Assembly: GCF_018350175.1 (NCBI RefSeq)
Contig: NC_058368.1
Span: 20,276,001 to 20,340,000, forward strand
Direction: 5' to 3'
Source: Felis catus
Lineage: Eukaryota
Length of the DNA stretch: 64,000 nucleotides
Made by a program: the position numbers and the translations under genes
In this document: one piece after another, positions 41,085 to 54,291 of the stretch
How positions within the stretch are numbered: the stretch's first letter is position 1
Layout: each line of letters opens with the position of its first letter
Notes under the pieces: generated by a model
What the model saw: the letters and a program-made list of their open reading frames with translations, nothing else
Told to the model about the DNA's origin: nothing
Databases searched by the model: none

Positions 41085-41303
41085 AATTTTTTAAATAGAA
41101 ATTTCTCTTGAGAGAGAGAGAGAGAGAGCGCACGCAAGCAAGCATGACTAGGGTAGGGGCAGAGAGAGGGAGAGAGAATTCTGAGCAGGCTCCGTGCTGT
41201 CAGCACAGAGCCTGATGCCAGGCTCTAACTCATGAACCGTGAGATCACGACTTGAGCCGATATCGAGTCAGACACTTAACCGATTGAGTCGCCCAGGTGC
41301 CCC
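41085..41303 (-). mobile_element. CanSINE (older)
   Basis: (GA)n tract, ends gcccaggtgcccc. Confidence 0.85.
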
Positions 41304-43202
41304 GGGTCTCTGAAGTTCAAAAGATAACAATTTAGACAGTAATAACCATATATGAAGCTCTTATTTGCCAGACACTGTCCTAAAAGCCTTACATATATTA
41401 TCTCACTTAGTTTAAAATACCATGATAAAGGTGTATTCTTCCCACGCCGCAGGTGAAATATTCATGGATCTGACAAGGGCCCACCCAGAACAGGGTCTCC
41501 GTGCTCTGCACCTGTGCGCTTTCTCGCTCTCTATCTAGCTCACCATCCTTGCTTTCCTTGGCTGGGCCCTGAAAGTGTGGCTCAGATCCTTCAGGCAATG
41601 CGGCCGTGAATGGAGGAGGACCATTATGCCTGGGCAGTTTCTGGCAATCCCGGGCCTGCATGGACGTGTTAAGCTGGAGTCTGGTAAAGTCTGGGCAGGG
41701 ACTGAGGTCCTTCTGCCTGTTGACAGACATCCTGATGCTGGACCTCCCACTCAGCTGTCTCAGTGCTGCCTGCACCGGGACTCCTGCCATCCTTCGCACC
41801 CGGGGGGCTTCACCCCATTCTTGCCTGTGCTGTCTCCCACTGCCTGGGGCCTGCCAGGCTGGCCCTCCTCCCAGAACTGGCAAACTACTGTGTGTCCCCA
41901 AAGTATTTCCTTCCCAGCAGCAGGTATGTCTAGTTCAAAGTCCGGATCCCACCTTTCAAAGGCGAGGCCCAGCCAACTCTCAGGATACAAGTTCAGATGC
42001 CTCCTTCTAGAAGTTTTGGACGATAGCTGACGTCTCTGTCATTTTATCCACCGTTTATCGCTGACGACTTACAATACAAATCATTTACTGAACCAGGCAA
42101 TGTTGATTGAACACCTACTCTGTGCTGGGCACCGCAGGATACAGTGGGGAACGAAAGACTTTCTGCCTTCCTGGAACTTATAATCTAGTGGGGGAGTCAG
42201 AGCAAGCAAATATAGAAGATGAAGTCAGGCAGCTAAGTGCAAGGGACAGACACTTCACTGAGCAACCTATCCTGAATATGGTACCCTAACAGGTTTCCAA
42301 GGCAACAGCCATAACCAGTTAGCATCACCTGAATACACTGCCACGTGCCACTCTAGTGTCACAAGAGGCTAAAAGAATCAGACCAAGGGCACCTCCAGCT
42401 GCTGCCGGTTTAGGGAATTTGGCCCTGGAGCTTGCCTGGACATTTCTCGAACCGCATATGCAGGAGGCTGAATAAACTCCTTATTTGCATTTCTAAAGCC
42501 CCTCTCTGTGGCACTGAGCTGGTCAAGGACTTGGATCCTTGGTCTGGTCAACCAGACCCTCATGACTGAGTGGCAGAAAACCCAGGTGCGACGGCGGATC
42601 GGGTATGCAACAAAGGCAGGCCGGGCGCAGGCGGATGCTGGGAAGAAAAATTAGGTCAGGAAGCGGGAGGAAAAGAGGCTCCAGGGTGACGAACACAAAA
42701 CCGACTCCATTGTCAAGTGCCACAAAAGAGCCAGCCTCCCCCCACTAAGCTGCCCGGTCTTCCCGGGAATGCCTGCCTGAAGTGAAGGCTCTCAGAAAGG
42801 GGCTTCCAAATTCCTTCTCCAGAGAGTCTATTCATCCCGAATGTAATGAATAACCTGCCTTCATCGTTTTTTTTTTCTTTTTTAACAGTTTTCCTTTAAA
42901 GCTAGTTCCTCAAACCTCTGAACTAATGAACAAACTGAAGCAATTCCCTTTGCCCCTGCCAACAGCTAAGATAAAATCTCAGGCTTTCTCAATCCTTAGT
43001 AGTTTTAGGATTTTGACAAGGCTTTTGGTTGACCTCCAATGCTGGGCTGTGAAAGTGGCAAGGCTGACCCCAGTGCCAGCCCCAGCCGAAGCCAAAATTA
43101 GAGGCAGGGTGGGAATAGCGAGAATCTGGTGGCAACAAGGTGACACACAAGGTTTTTTAACATAGGGGATCCGAATAATGCAGATAAAATTGTGCTCCTC
43201 TC

Positions 43203-43407
43203 GGGGCACCTGGGTGGCTCGGTCGGTTGAGCGTCCGACTTTGGCTCAGGTCATGATCCCACCGTTCATGAGTTCAAACCCCACGTCAAGCTTTCTGTGG
43301 TCAGCGCAGAAACCACTCGGGGTCCTCTGTCTCTCCCTCTCTCTGCCCCTTGCCCACATTTTCTCACTCGCTGGCTCAAAGATAAACAAACATTAAAAAA
43401 AAAAAAA
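43203..43407 (+). mobile_element. CanSINE (first of a tandem pair)
   Basis: ggggcacctgggtggctc head, poly-A. Confidence 0.9.
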
Positions 43408-43416
43408 GTTCTCCTC

Positions 43417-43642
43417 GGGGCACCTGGATGGCTCAGTCGGTTGAGCCTCCGACTTTGGCTCAGGTCATGATATCACGGTTCGTGAGTTCAAGTCCCGCAT
43501 GGGGTTCTCTGCTGACAACTCAGAGCCTGGAGCCTGCTTCAGATTCTGGGTCTCCCTTTCTCTCTGTTCCTCCCCTGCTTGTGCTCTCTCTCTCTCTCTC
43601 TCTCTCAAAAATAAAGAAAGATTAAAAAAAATTTTAAAAAAA
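43417..43642 (+). mobile_element. CanSINE (second of a tandem pair)
   Basis: Head, CT tract, A tail; TSD aaaaagttctcctc. Confidence 0.9.
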
Positions 43643-46600
43643 GTTCTCCTCTCTCAGCCTGAGTTCACAGTACTTTCTTGTAATTGAAAAATGGAATATA
43701 GGCTGAGGTGGTTAAGCCAAAGCCTATATTTTCACTTGGCAGAGGAAAACAATGTGGAATCTTTCTGATCCTTAGGCCTTTTTCAGCCGTAACGATAGCT
43801 GCCTGCCTTCTCTATTCTCAGCATCTGCTGCAGGAACGACGTCAGGGATCTGGAAGCGTGGCACTGGCGTGCCAGTGTCCTGCTACACTATTAAGACCCT
43901 ATTAAGGACACCGTTAAGGATGAAATAATAGAGAAAGTAAGACAGGGTCTTTAGACACCCTGCATATTTTTTCCCCTTGAAAAGGAAATACGCATTTTAT
44001 TTTGTACGTACTTCTAAGTTTCATTCTGAAATAAACCTCCAGATAGGAAGAGGGGGAAGCAAAGGCCAGCCACTCACCAGAGAGCAACGACAAAGACCCT
44101 TTAAATTCCAACACAGCCTGGCATAAATTCTGAAAGGGGACTAGGAGGTTGCTAGGTCATTAGTGTCAGAAGGTATACAAGCGGTAGGAACGAGGGCCAT
44201 CTCCTGATGGCAGAGTTGTTATCTAAGTCCTTACGACTGTAGTGATTTTGAAAGTTTATGAGAAGGTAACACAGGTCTGTTGCCCACCGAAGCCTGATGC
44301 TTAATACTGGACAAAGACCCTCGGAGTATAAAAGTTAAAGGGCTCGACAAGACAGAAGCGATGCTAGTATTTTACACAGAATCCTTTCTTCTACTCAGGA
44401 ACGTGCACGCGTTTTCAACCGCTTCATATATACCTTGTCATTTTCAGCAGTAGCAAAGTCATCCTGAGAGCCAGGACCTCAAGAAAATTCTACAGACTGG
44501 GAGATGAGGCAGCAGGGCTCACAAACAACGGGGTTAGGATATTCATTGTGTTTTGAGAGGTAAGTTACATCTATCACAACGGAACAGACAAAAGAGGAGG
44601 ACGGTGACCAAAACCAACCCCAGTGATTTGTTCATCAACCAACCCCAGACCTCTAATAACTGGAGCTGGTGGGAGAAGTCCTCACAATTACAGTAATTAA
44701 GACTTATTTTACAAAGGGATTTATTCTGGCAGGATGTTGAAAAATCAAACGTTTAGCTATTACAACCGTTTTAGGAAAAAGCACTACGTAGGTGCTCATA
44801 AAATATATCCTGACGGCCACAGGAGGAAGACCAGTGATGAGATCTGGTGCTGGCTTTGCTCATGATCAAACTAGCAATGCAGGGAAGGGAGCCTGCGGAC
44901 TTGGTTTTTTTTGTTTTTTTTTCTGGTTTAAAATTCGATCAAATGTTCCACTGCTTGACCAATCTCAACATGATACTGACACGTTCCTGGTCCTTGTTTC
45001 CATTTCCTTAGAAAATATGTACCTTCCAACCCCCCGAAGAACAAGCCTACTGGACACGACTAGAAAATGAAAGATGGAGGAGGCATTCAGTCTAGCCTCC
45101 TCATGTCACAGATGAGGTCCAGCGACTTGCCCAAGTTGACCGGCCACTTAATGGCAGGTCTAGAAAGGAGCAGACATCTCCCAGACTCCCAGTTCGGGGC
45201 TCTGCTTCAGCTCTCCTGTAAACAGCCCCAACGACTGCACAGCAGGAGGACACATGCATGTCCCTTCTGGAGCTCACAACGTAACTGAGGAAGCAAGGTA
45301 TTCACACACGACAAAGAGAAGGAAAACAAAGTGGGAGATGTGTTCTAAACGACACAGCAGATGAATTTTAGAGAGAATAACCAAAGTTCCCATTTACCAC
45401 AATTTTCTCCTTGCCTTGTGGCCCTCCACCTGCACATTCGGGGCTGTTCATGGCTTCCAGGAGGGTGGGGGCGGATAGGCCCATGAGTCAAGTTCCTGAA
45501 CTCATATATAGTTTCCAGATCACAGCAGAGAAGACAGTCTTGAAGGGCAAAGGCTCTCTATTGATTGCAAGGGCTGGGGCTCTGGAGACAGAAGAGGCTT
45601 TCTGAGCTAAGAAAAGCTAAAAACCTAGAGCAGAGAGGGTTTCCCCCCTGCATGTTGCCAGAGTTGCCTTTTCAGCTCAGAGATTGTCAGGTTTGGGCTT
45701 CCGGTGGGAGGAAGAAGACTGGAAGGGGCCTGACCGACGTCTGGATGGCAGAGGGTTTCCGAGAAAGGATCATGTACCGAAACTTCTGGGCCGAGGCCTG
45801 CAGGGGTGGAGGTCCCACAGCAGAGAGCACCGTGCCTTCAGCTGCTAGGCGTGAGGGCAGCTCAGAGTGAAGTTCGGCTTCAGTGTAAGTGCAGTGGTTC
45901 TAGTCTTATGCCTGAGCATGTGACTGTAAAAATTCATAGTCACTATAACAGGAGGTTCAAATATGAGTTCTCAACAGAGAGTAGAAAATGCTAGAATGTG
46001 ACTCCTGAAGCATGCCATCTCATAGAAAGATGCGTCCAAGCTTGAGTCCAGGTTATCCGTGACCTACACACATTTTAGCCTCGCTGTGCTCAAGCCTGAG
46101 GCTGTGAAATAAAGATGAATCACAGAGGAAGCCCAGCTCTCTCTGCAACAGACAAATGAAGGACTTCTCACAACTGCTCTTGTTACAAAGGACAGAGAAG
46201 CCTTCCAGTCACAGGCTGCACTGCCTTTCTGTGCTAACAATAGTGGCAGGAGATGCCAGGTGAGATAAAAACAAGAGGGGGAGGGAGAGCAGATGGAATA
46301 TTCCTTCCCTCCCGTAACCAGCGGGTCGTACAAAATAGACGTCTGATCGACGTGGAGGAAGGAGAGAAAGTTTACAAAGAAGAAACGAAGGAGGATGGGC
46401 AGGATCCTCTTTGCCTTCCTAATCAATTCTGAATATCGTAAGCTTTAGTGGGTGCGACCTGGCTTTTTGCACAATAGTCCCCAAACACTTCCAACTTGTC
46501 ATAACGCCTGTGCAGAGTACTGATGGATTTGCTGGCTGTTCCTGCTGCTAATGTCACAGTGGGAGTGTAATCAACACTGTACTTTTCAGGAGAAACACAG

Positions 46601-46784
46601 AAAAGACTTCAGGTTGCAGGTCTCCAAAACTTGAGAGTCTCCCCATTTATCACCGACTCTTCAGAGCACTTCTGACCATTGTTATTGTGCGTGTATCCGT
46701 CAATATTGTTTTTCATTCACAAAAACCACAGTTTTTATGAGGCCCTGGCACCCTCATCCATGCCGGGGGGGGGGGGGGGGGCGA

Positions 46785-47270
46785 GTGAAATGGTACCCCT
46801 GGAGAATGAGCTGACAGTAAGCATCGAAAGCTTTACATGCTTATAGCAATTTCACTTGTAGGAATTTATCCTAAGGAAATAATGAAGGATACACACAAGG
46901 ATTTAGTATAAAAATACTCCTGGCAATGCTGTTTATAATAATAAAAAAAGTGAATATAACCTATGGTGCCAACAACTGGGCACTGGTGAATGTACAGAAA
47001 TATAATGGAATACTGCACGAACTACTGTAGAAGTTTACTGACAACAAAGAAGTTCACATATACTTATTGAGAAAATTAGACTATAAAACTATACTATTTT
47101 TGCTAATAATATATAACTCTAGCAATATAGATGCTCAGAAAAAAATCTATAAAGGCAAATTACGACTGTTGGTTCTTTCTAGATGGTAGCAATCTGAGTT
47201 TTCTTCTTTTTGCTAATATGTATTTTCTGAATTGTCTACAATGACTATGTATTATTTGAGTAATGATAAT
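46785..47270 (+). mobile_element. Ancient L1 (L1ME-like) 3' remnant
   Basis: gcaatttcacttgtaggaatttatcctaaggaaataat, gcaatgctgtttataata, aatggaatact, tctacaatgactatgtatta. Confidence 0.65.
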
Positions 47271-48221
47271 TACTTAAAATTGAGAAAAGCGCCAAGCACG
47301 TCAGGAAGGTGGGATGGAAACTACTCACTGCAGACTGTGTTCCCTCCCTCCCTGGGGTGGGTAGTCCGGACGACCCCGGTAGACCAGCTGTCCCTGAAGG
47401 GTTACTTCAGCTTCTAAAGGAGAACGTGGTTGCGAGAAGTCGGCCCCCATTTTTCCTTCCTATCCTGGACAGAAACTGACACCACCTCTAGGAGCTGAAG
47501 TCACACAATTAGAACTTATCTTTGGACCCATAGGACTGCACCCTATTTGGGGGGAAGCGGACGCCAGCGTAACAGAGCATCAAAGGAGTTGTTTAGGTGG
47601 TAGATGGTCTTCGCCGCTCGATTTCCTAATGTGTACCTTTGCTTGTCGCTTTTTTCTTACCAACTGCCAAACACCAGTGTTTCCCAGCCTTCCGGATTCC
47701 CATGCAGAGGACTTTGGCCGTACAGAACCCACACTGTCCAATAACGTCTAAGTGCACTGGTTTTCAGCTCCAGTACCCTCGTTCATCTCAGGCTTCATTT
47801 GCTAGTCTGTGATCTTACAGATAAGGCTGGCGCCTGCTTCTCAAAAACAAACAAACAAAACAAAACAAAAACAAAGCAAAACAAAAAACCCCAAACACAC
47901 ACCTCTAGCTTGCTTGATAAGGACAAACTCTATGTTGTAAAACAAACTACTCAGGAGATAAGGACAAAATTCTATGTTTTAAAATGAACTACTCAGGAGA
48001 GGAACACAGTTTTCTTCTTTTAAATTATCAATAATCTATAATTTAAATATTTGTCAAGTGAATTTTTTTTCTCATGTAGATAAGTCCTAGAGTATACAGA
48101 TTATGCCATTAAAAATCAGAATCTAAAAGAAATCTGGATAGACCATACCTACCTTGCTCACTGGGGAGATGAGCTAGATTAGTGCCCCTTAAAACTTCAG
48201 TACAAACAACTCACATGGCTC

Positions 48222-48315
48222 AGGGGGTCTGGAGCGGGGCCTGGAATTCTGCATTTCTAATAGTCTCTGGGGCGATGTTGATGCAGTGGTCTGTGGACCA
48301 TACTCTGAGTAGCAA
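48222..48315. mobile_element. MER5A-like MITE fragment
   Basis: ggggcctggaattctgcatttctaa...gatgcagtggtctgtggaccatactctgagtagcaa. Confidence 0.65.
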
Positions 48316-51300
48316 GTTTTCCAGTTTGGAGATTTATGTGCTCTAACAGACCAAGAATACCTTCTCTGGGCAGCTGACAAAATGCTGAGTGAGTGGACCC
48401 CAACCTGCACCAGCTGGCATTCTGTGGCTCTCGGGCTGCGGCTAAGCCTCCACCTGAGTGGCTTCGAGACCCAGACTTGCCAAAAATGACGCAAGTGGCC
48501 TTTTCATTAGAGCTTCCTGCAAGCTACATGCTAAGTGGCTCCAGATCTAAGAGGAAGGTCCAGGAACATAATGAGCGTCTCAAACCAGGAGCCATACTTG
48601 TCACAGAAAGCCTCGATGCTTGGAAGCATGAGAAGAGCCACCAACAGCAGGGCCCTCTCTCTAAAAGTCAGGGCAAGCTGGAGGGAGGCCAGAGCATTCC
48701 CACGAGGAGGCAAGAAGCCTTAAGGGCTCTTTCTCACGTAGTGACAGGAGCAATGGCTGTAAGTGTACCAGGTGCCCGCTGCCAGGGGATACAATAGAGA
48801 CTTCTGAGTCCAAGTTTTAATCCTACAGTCACCATGGAAGGCAGAGCCACAAAGGAGGACAGAATGGACAAAGCAAGCAGACTATCTGTCCACATGCAAA
48901 ACATCTTCACGATTTCCGATTGGTCTCTGCAGCCATGGCCACATGTCTAGGAGGGCTGTGTTATCAGGGCCACCAGCGTCCAACACACGGCCACTCACAG
49001 AGACCCTGCCTAGGGTTGCGGATTCATTCCAGCTATGTGGCAGGTCACCCTGAATCTCCTTCGAGAGCAGTTCTGGACGCAAGCATGCTTTTAATGCACA
49101 CTGAAGATGGAAATCGTTCTTATTTAGGGTTCATTTCTGGATGCTGCAAAATTAAGAGCTCCCGGCTCAATGGAATGACCAAGTAGGAGTTCAAAACCCT
49201 GAATTTCCTCTACTTGGAAATAAGTATAGTGTTTCTCCCATGCTTTGTTTTATGTCACCTGTTGGCTTTATGACAGTGTATCAAACATCATTAGTATCAC
49301 TAATGAGTCCCGAGGACACTGAAGATGTGGGAAATGGATGACAGTCGTGATAGTCTTGAATGAAGCTACTTAAGACACTTGTCAGATTAGCCCCACAGAC
49401 CATATTACCATCCATAACCAACTTTGCCTACAAGGCCACATTCTGATCTAGAGAAAATTCGTGACTTTTCTTCTGATGGTTTCACTGCAATGGGAGTGTT
49501 TAGCTGGGGATGGACAGGTGGATGTTTTAGTCTCTTTGCAAAACTGTGTACATTGCCAACTTCACGCTGGCCACAAAATTATGCACATGCAATGGCTAAA
49601 ATTGTTCTTCATAAGGATTAATGAATAGATCTGGGTTTTTCCCGGATCTTAGGAAATAAGAGCCTACAGGAGCAAGCATTTATTCTGAAAATCATAATGG
49701 AGAAAGTATTGTACACAGAAGAAAAAAATGAAAACTATGAAATGTACCCATGGATCAAAGTTAAATTGGCTACCATCACCTTTTCTAAGATACTGACCGT
49801 CCTTATTTGCACAACTGGCTTCTTTAAAACATCCATCTGTCAATAACTTGTCTAACAAACCCAGAAAGAAAACAATGACTATTTCATTATCCCAAGTCTG
49901 AAGTTCGCTCTTAGATACAGAGCCACAGATCATTTTTATTTCAACCTTTCCCACCAGCAACAAGTTCCACAGGGCACCCCATGTCCTTTCAGTGTATTGC
50001 CTTCAAGGCTCCTTACTTTTACTAATTAAATCGCAATGAGGCTGACCTTTCCCTCTGTGCTGAGGGGAGGCACAGATGTGGCCAAAGACAAAATTAAAAC
50101 GTGGGGTATTTTAATACCCTAAAACTTCAAGGAAATGATGAGACTATGAAGACATGAAAGGGAGAAGATGGTATTTATGTGGAACGATGTGCCTGTGAGA
50201 CGAGGCAGCCTTGGGAAGGGATAAGATGTCCTCGCAGACAGCAGGAAGGCAGGACCCACAAGCCCCTGTAGAAGCTCTAAACCAGCCACAAGGCCTTGTG
50301 ATGAACTGAAGATGCCTGACTTTCCTATTTGAAAAATGCCTGGGATCGCTTGACCCTTTTTCCTCAAGAAGAGATTGTGTCCAGAGGCCCGCGACATCAG
50401 GTCACAGATATGGCGGACCCAGGAAAGCGAAGAGGACAGAACTCCACCGGACTTACAGCCTGTGGGAGCTCTGGACCAGCAGGAAGAATGCAGGCAGGAA
50501 ACCGGGAAGCTGCCTGAGTCACTGGAAGGACAGAGCAGGGAGCTCGGAAAAGAAAAGCTGGGGAAACAACAGGAGAGCAGGAATCTGAGGCCTGGGTGGG
50601 TTGAAGAACAGATTCCGCGACTCCTGCCCACCCCATGATGTGTCCCTTCTCTGCATACCTTGGTATGGGGTCCTGGGCTCAAATCAGCAGAACACGCTGT
50701 TCATGACCCTTTCTCCATAATTTCAGATACGGGGAATTCCTCAGGGCATTGCCAAGGGCCTCGGTATCACTTCAAAGGATCTCCTACCGTTTGCATTTTG
50801 AAAAGTATGAAGTGGCACCAAACTGTGAGGCATTTCTGCCGCCACTGGCAGTTTATACGGTAAAGAGTTCATGACTATACCTGAATTGTGAGAAGGAGCA
50901 GTTTTAAGGCACAGATTAGGAGGGCAAACAGAGGAGGCTGTTGGAGAACAGTCTCCAATAAAGAGAACTAGTTAATTCTTTGACCCCCTTCTCCTGGCAT
51001 TATCCTGGGGCTAGAGATCCTCAAGAAATGTCACATTGTCCTAAAGATACCATTTTTAAGCTCCCAACGTATTCTAAGAATAATTCTCCGAGTCTGATTA
51101 TAATCTTTATTTGAATGAAAATATTCAATCATACATGATGGGAATTTCATTAGCATTACCTGGCACAGTTGATTTTCTTCTCCCAGCATAATTATTGTTT
51201 TTATTTTATCCTGTTTATAAATTTTTTTTATTTAAATCACTTAAGAATGCAAATTGTACAAACTGGCTTGATGATCTTCTAACCAGGTTTCAGGAAAAAC

Positions 51301-52399
51301 CACCTAAAATTCTGGGAGTATAAATCAAATTCATCTTTCCTAGGAAGTATTGTGATTTCTTGAGATCCGAGTGTTAACAGTGTATTTCGCTTTGTAGAAA
51401 GCACGAAGGAAAAGCTTGTCAGCTCTGTCAATCTAAAAAAGGCAAAGGGACCCATTGCAAGTAGAAAAAAAAACTTACCCAAATTGACATTTACCCCATT
51501 TACAAAACTATCCATTAAAGAAGCCTCCTCAGCCACTTCCCCGAGAACTGAAAGCGACACCAAACACAATCAATGGAAATGTGATTCTGAGATCCTTGAG
51601 GTCAAGGGAAAACAGAATGCCCAGTGAGCCACATGCCCTCCCTGACTCCATTCCGGAAGTAGGATCTAGGAGACCTAAGTCCCACACCACTGCTTGACTA
51701 CTTTCTCTTGGTGATGACCTTTCTTCTTCTGCCATCAGGGGCAGGCAGCATGAGGAAACAGCCCCTGCATTCTGAGGGAAGAGAGGCCACCTAAATAGCA
51801 ACCAGTGCCCTCGGAGGAAGCTTTTCCTGCCAGTTCTAGCAATGATGAAACCCGACCGTGGACAAACGGACTCTAACCCTAGCTCAACCCACGCAAGTTC
51901 TCATGCCCCTGTGAACTCAGGAATGAATGGGTAAAAGAGCATCATGTGAATGTTGAACAGGAACCACTAGAAGACAGAAAAATCCATTCCCTAACAGTGA
52001 ATGGTTAGGACCAAGGCTCAGATCCCAACCAGAAATCAGAACTGAGTCATTCAGAGAGACTGCCCAAGGGCAGGGGAATGACGATGAGATGCAGGGTCAG
52101 GACGACAAGTGGGAACTGGGACCAGTCAGCTCTGCGGGTCCTGCCAGTCACATAGAGGGTGTTGGCACAGGTGGGGCTGTGACAAGGAGCGACCCTGGAA
52201 CTGAATCCTTCAGGATGGACAGTAAACATCTCTCTACTCAGTCCTCTGAATGTGATTATCTCGTTCTTGGGGAAATGAGGTTTTTAACATCTACCTGGAA
52301 AATACTTTTTATTATTAGAGCACTGTCAAACTTATGTTTTTAAAGGACAGATTTAAGGCTTCAGACTTCATTTTTTTTTCTTTTCAGAAAGGGCCCACT

Positions 52400-52785
52400 C
52401 TGTTACCTTTCACTGACTGCTAAAGGGGCCTTCTCCTACATCTGGGTGTGGCCAGGATTTGTGCTCCTGGCTGGGAGGAAAGACAGGCCAGGCAAACACT
52501 AGGCAAAGACAGCCAGGGACCCAGCAGTATCCACTCACCCCTTCTTCCTGCCCAGAACAAGGATGTGATGCCTGTGGTAGAGGCAGCCATCTTGTAACTC
52601 TGAGGCAACCCTAAGGACAGAAGCCAAAAGCCAAGCAAAACGATAAAAGAAGCTTCCCTATCAGACCTGCATTGTCTCCTCTGAGTTTTTTTTTTTTTTT
52701 TAATGTTAGAGGAAAACAAACCCCTACTTAAGTCCTTATTTTTTTCTCTATTATTTATAGCCAAATACATGTCCTCACTAAAATA
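52400..52785 (+). mobile_element. MaLR (MLT1-type) LTR remnant
   Basis: gatgtgatgcctg...gcagccatcttgtaactctgagg, aaacccctacttaag, tatagccaaatacat. Confidence 0.55.
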
Positions 52786-53994
52786 TGAAATGCATATACA
52801 TCCTCACTTACCTAGAGGTCCCAACACTGAAGACTGAGGCAGGAATCACCAAACATTTAAAGAGAAAAGGAAGAGCAATAAACAGCTATTGATCCCAGTT
52901 GCACTGAGAGAAATTCCAACTCAGAGATGGCAATTAAAATAATGGAGAGGAAAGCGTCCCAAACCAAATTACCGGTTTCGCTGACAAGAGAGGTGCTTTG
53001 TTGTGACCCAGAGGACTGATTTGAGAGCTACGAATTGAGCAAAGGCTTTAGGCAAGTATTTCATAAAAATCATTCTTAAAGAAATGTAGCTTCTGGGCAA
53101 AACTGAGTGGAATGAGAATGGCAGCATAGAGAGAGAGAGAGTTCAAGACAGGCTTCCCTGATTTGTAGGAATCCAGAGCTTCTGGGAGGGAATGCAAATC
53201 ACTGGAGCATTATTCTCATTATTACTAATGGTTCTTAATAACTAAGGGGCAATGTTGGGTCTCCAGTTGGCTGAAATGATCACAGATTATTCGCTGCAGT
53301 TATACTAATAACTAAATATAATTTGACACTAAATTACAATTCCAGAAATACAGCTTTCTGCACAGTCTCTTATTGCAAAGGAAAACTAAGCAAGAACATC
53401 AATAAATAGAATAATCCAATTAAGTGGCCTTCCATTTGAGTACTACTTAGAATTGAGGCTTAACAGGGAAGTAAGATAGGAAAAACAATTCAGTATTTAC
53501 TGATTCAAATAATCAGGGCTTTTATTGTAAGACAATTTTTTGTTATTTTAAAATAGGTGTTTAATTAATCTGAATGGCTTTGGTCATTTATGCAGTGATC
53601 CTAATCACTGCAAATTGTTCCTAGATATAAGGCCTAATTTCCCATGAGTAGATTTACTTGTAAATTAGCATTTAATACAGGCATATTTTTCTATGCTTAC
53701 AGTGTGTTTATAAACATATTCCCAATCACTTTTTTTAACCACATAGGACAATCACCTACGACATCTGTCTGCAGATACAAAACTACAAGGGGGGACATTG
53801 ACCCAACAGATGAACCGAGGCCACCCCATGCATGCTCTGAGCTGTTAGCCTTTGGGCTGTAGGTTTTTATATAAATGTTTGTTGAATGAATGAGTAACCT
53901 CAGATTATTCAGAGAGGCTGTTTTAGAAGCATCCGTCCTAACGGAGCCTAGGCTAGTTCCTCTAGACTCAGTTTCCAAAGGGAAAGTAGTGGCC

Positions 53995-54225
53995 TTAACA
54001 GAAGAATCACCCAAGGTATCCTTGCCAAAGAGCATGAAACAGGATCCTCTGACTCTGAAAGTTGGGGCTTTTCCTGGAGAATTTAAGAACTAGTTAGTTC
54101 TTAGAGCTAGTTAGTTCTGAAATCAAGGAACAATTAAATTCTCCAGGAAAAGCCCCAACTTTCAGAGTCAGAGGATCCTGCATCATGCTCTTTGGCAAGG
54201 ATACCTTGGGTGATTCTTCTGTTAA
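53995..54225. repeat. Long inverted repeat: 92-bp arms (53995-54086 and 54134-54225) with a 47-bp spacer
   Basis: Left arm ttaacagaagaatcacccaagg...cctggagaatttaa is the reverse complement of right arm ttaaattctccagg...gattcttctgttaa, with 2 mismatches. The ORF track shows the same peptide (ALTEESPKVSLPKSM.QDPLTLKVGAFPGEF) on both strands. Confidence 0.97.
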
Positions 54226-54291
54226 AGCATGGGTTACACACGTAGGTGGGGCTGAGAGGCCAGTGCTGAAGGACATTTAAACCATACTTAC

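Noticed and set aside
50119..50682. 187-aa Ser-rich ORF
   Set aside because: No homology recognised, no splice-site support, and low-complexity composition.
53995..54225. piggyBac MITE call based on TTAA at both outer ends
   Set aside because: TTAA is self-complementary and part of the arms, and the termini lack the CCC/GGG ends typical of piggyBac. Not excluded, but unsupported without a copy-number search.
53890..54276. Two ORFs on opposite strands encoding the same peptide (ALTEESPKVSLPKSM...)
   Set aside because: A by-product of the inverted duplication; no evidence of coding function.
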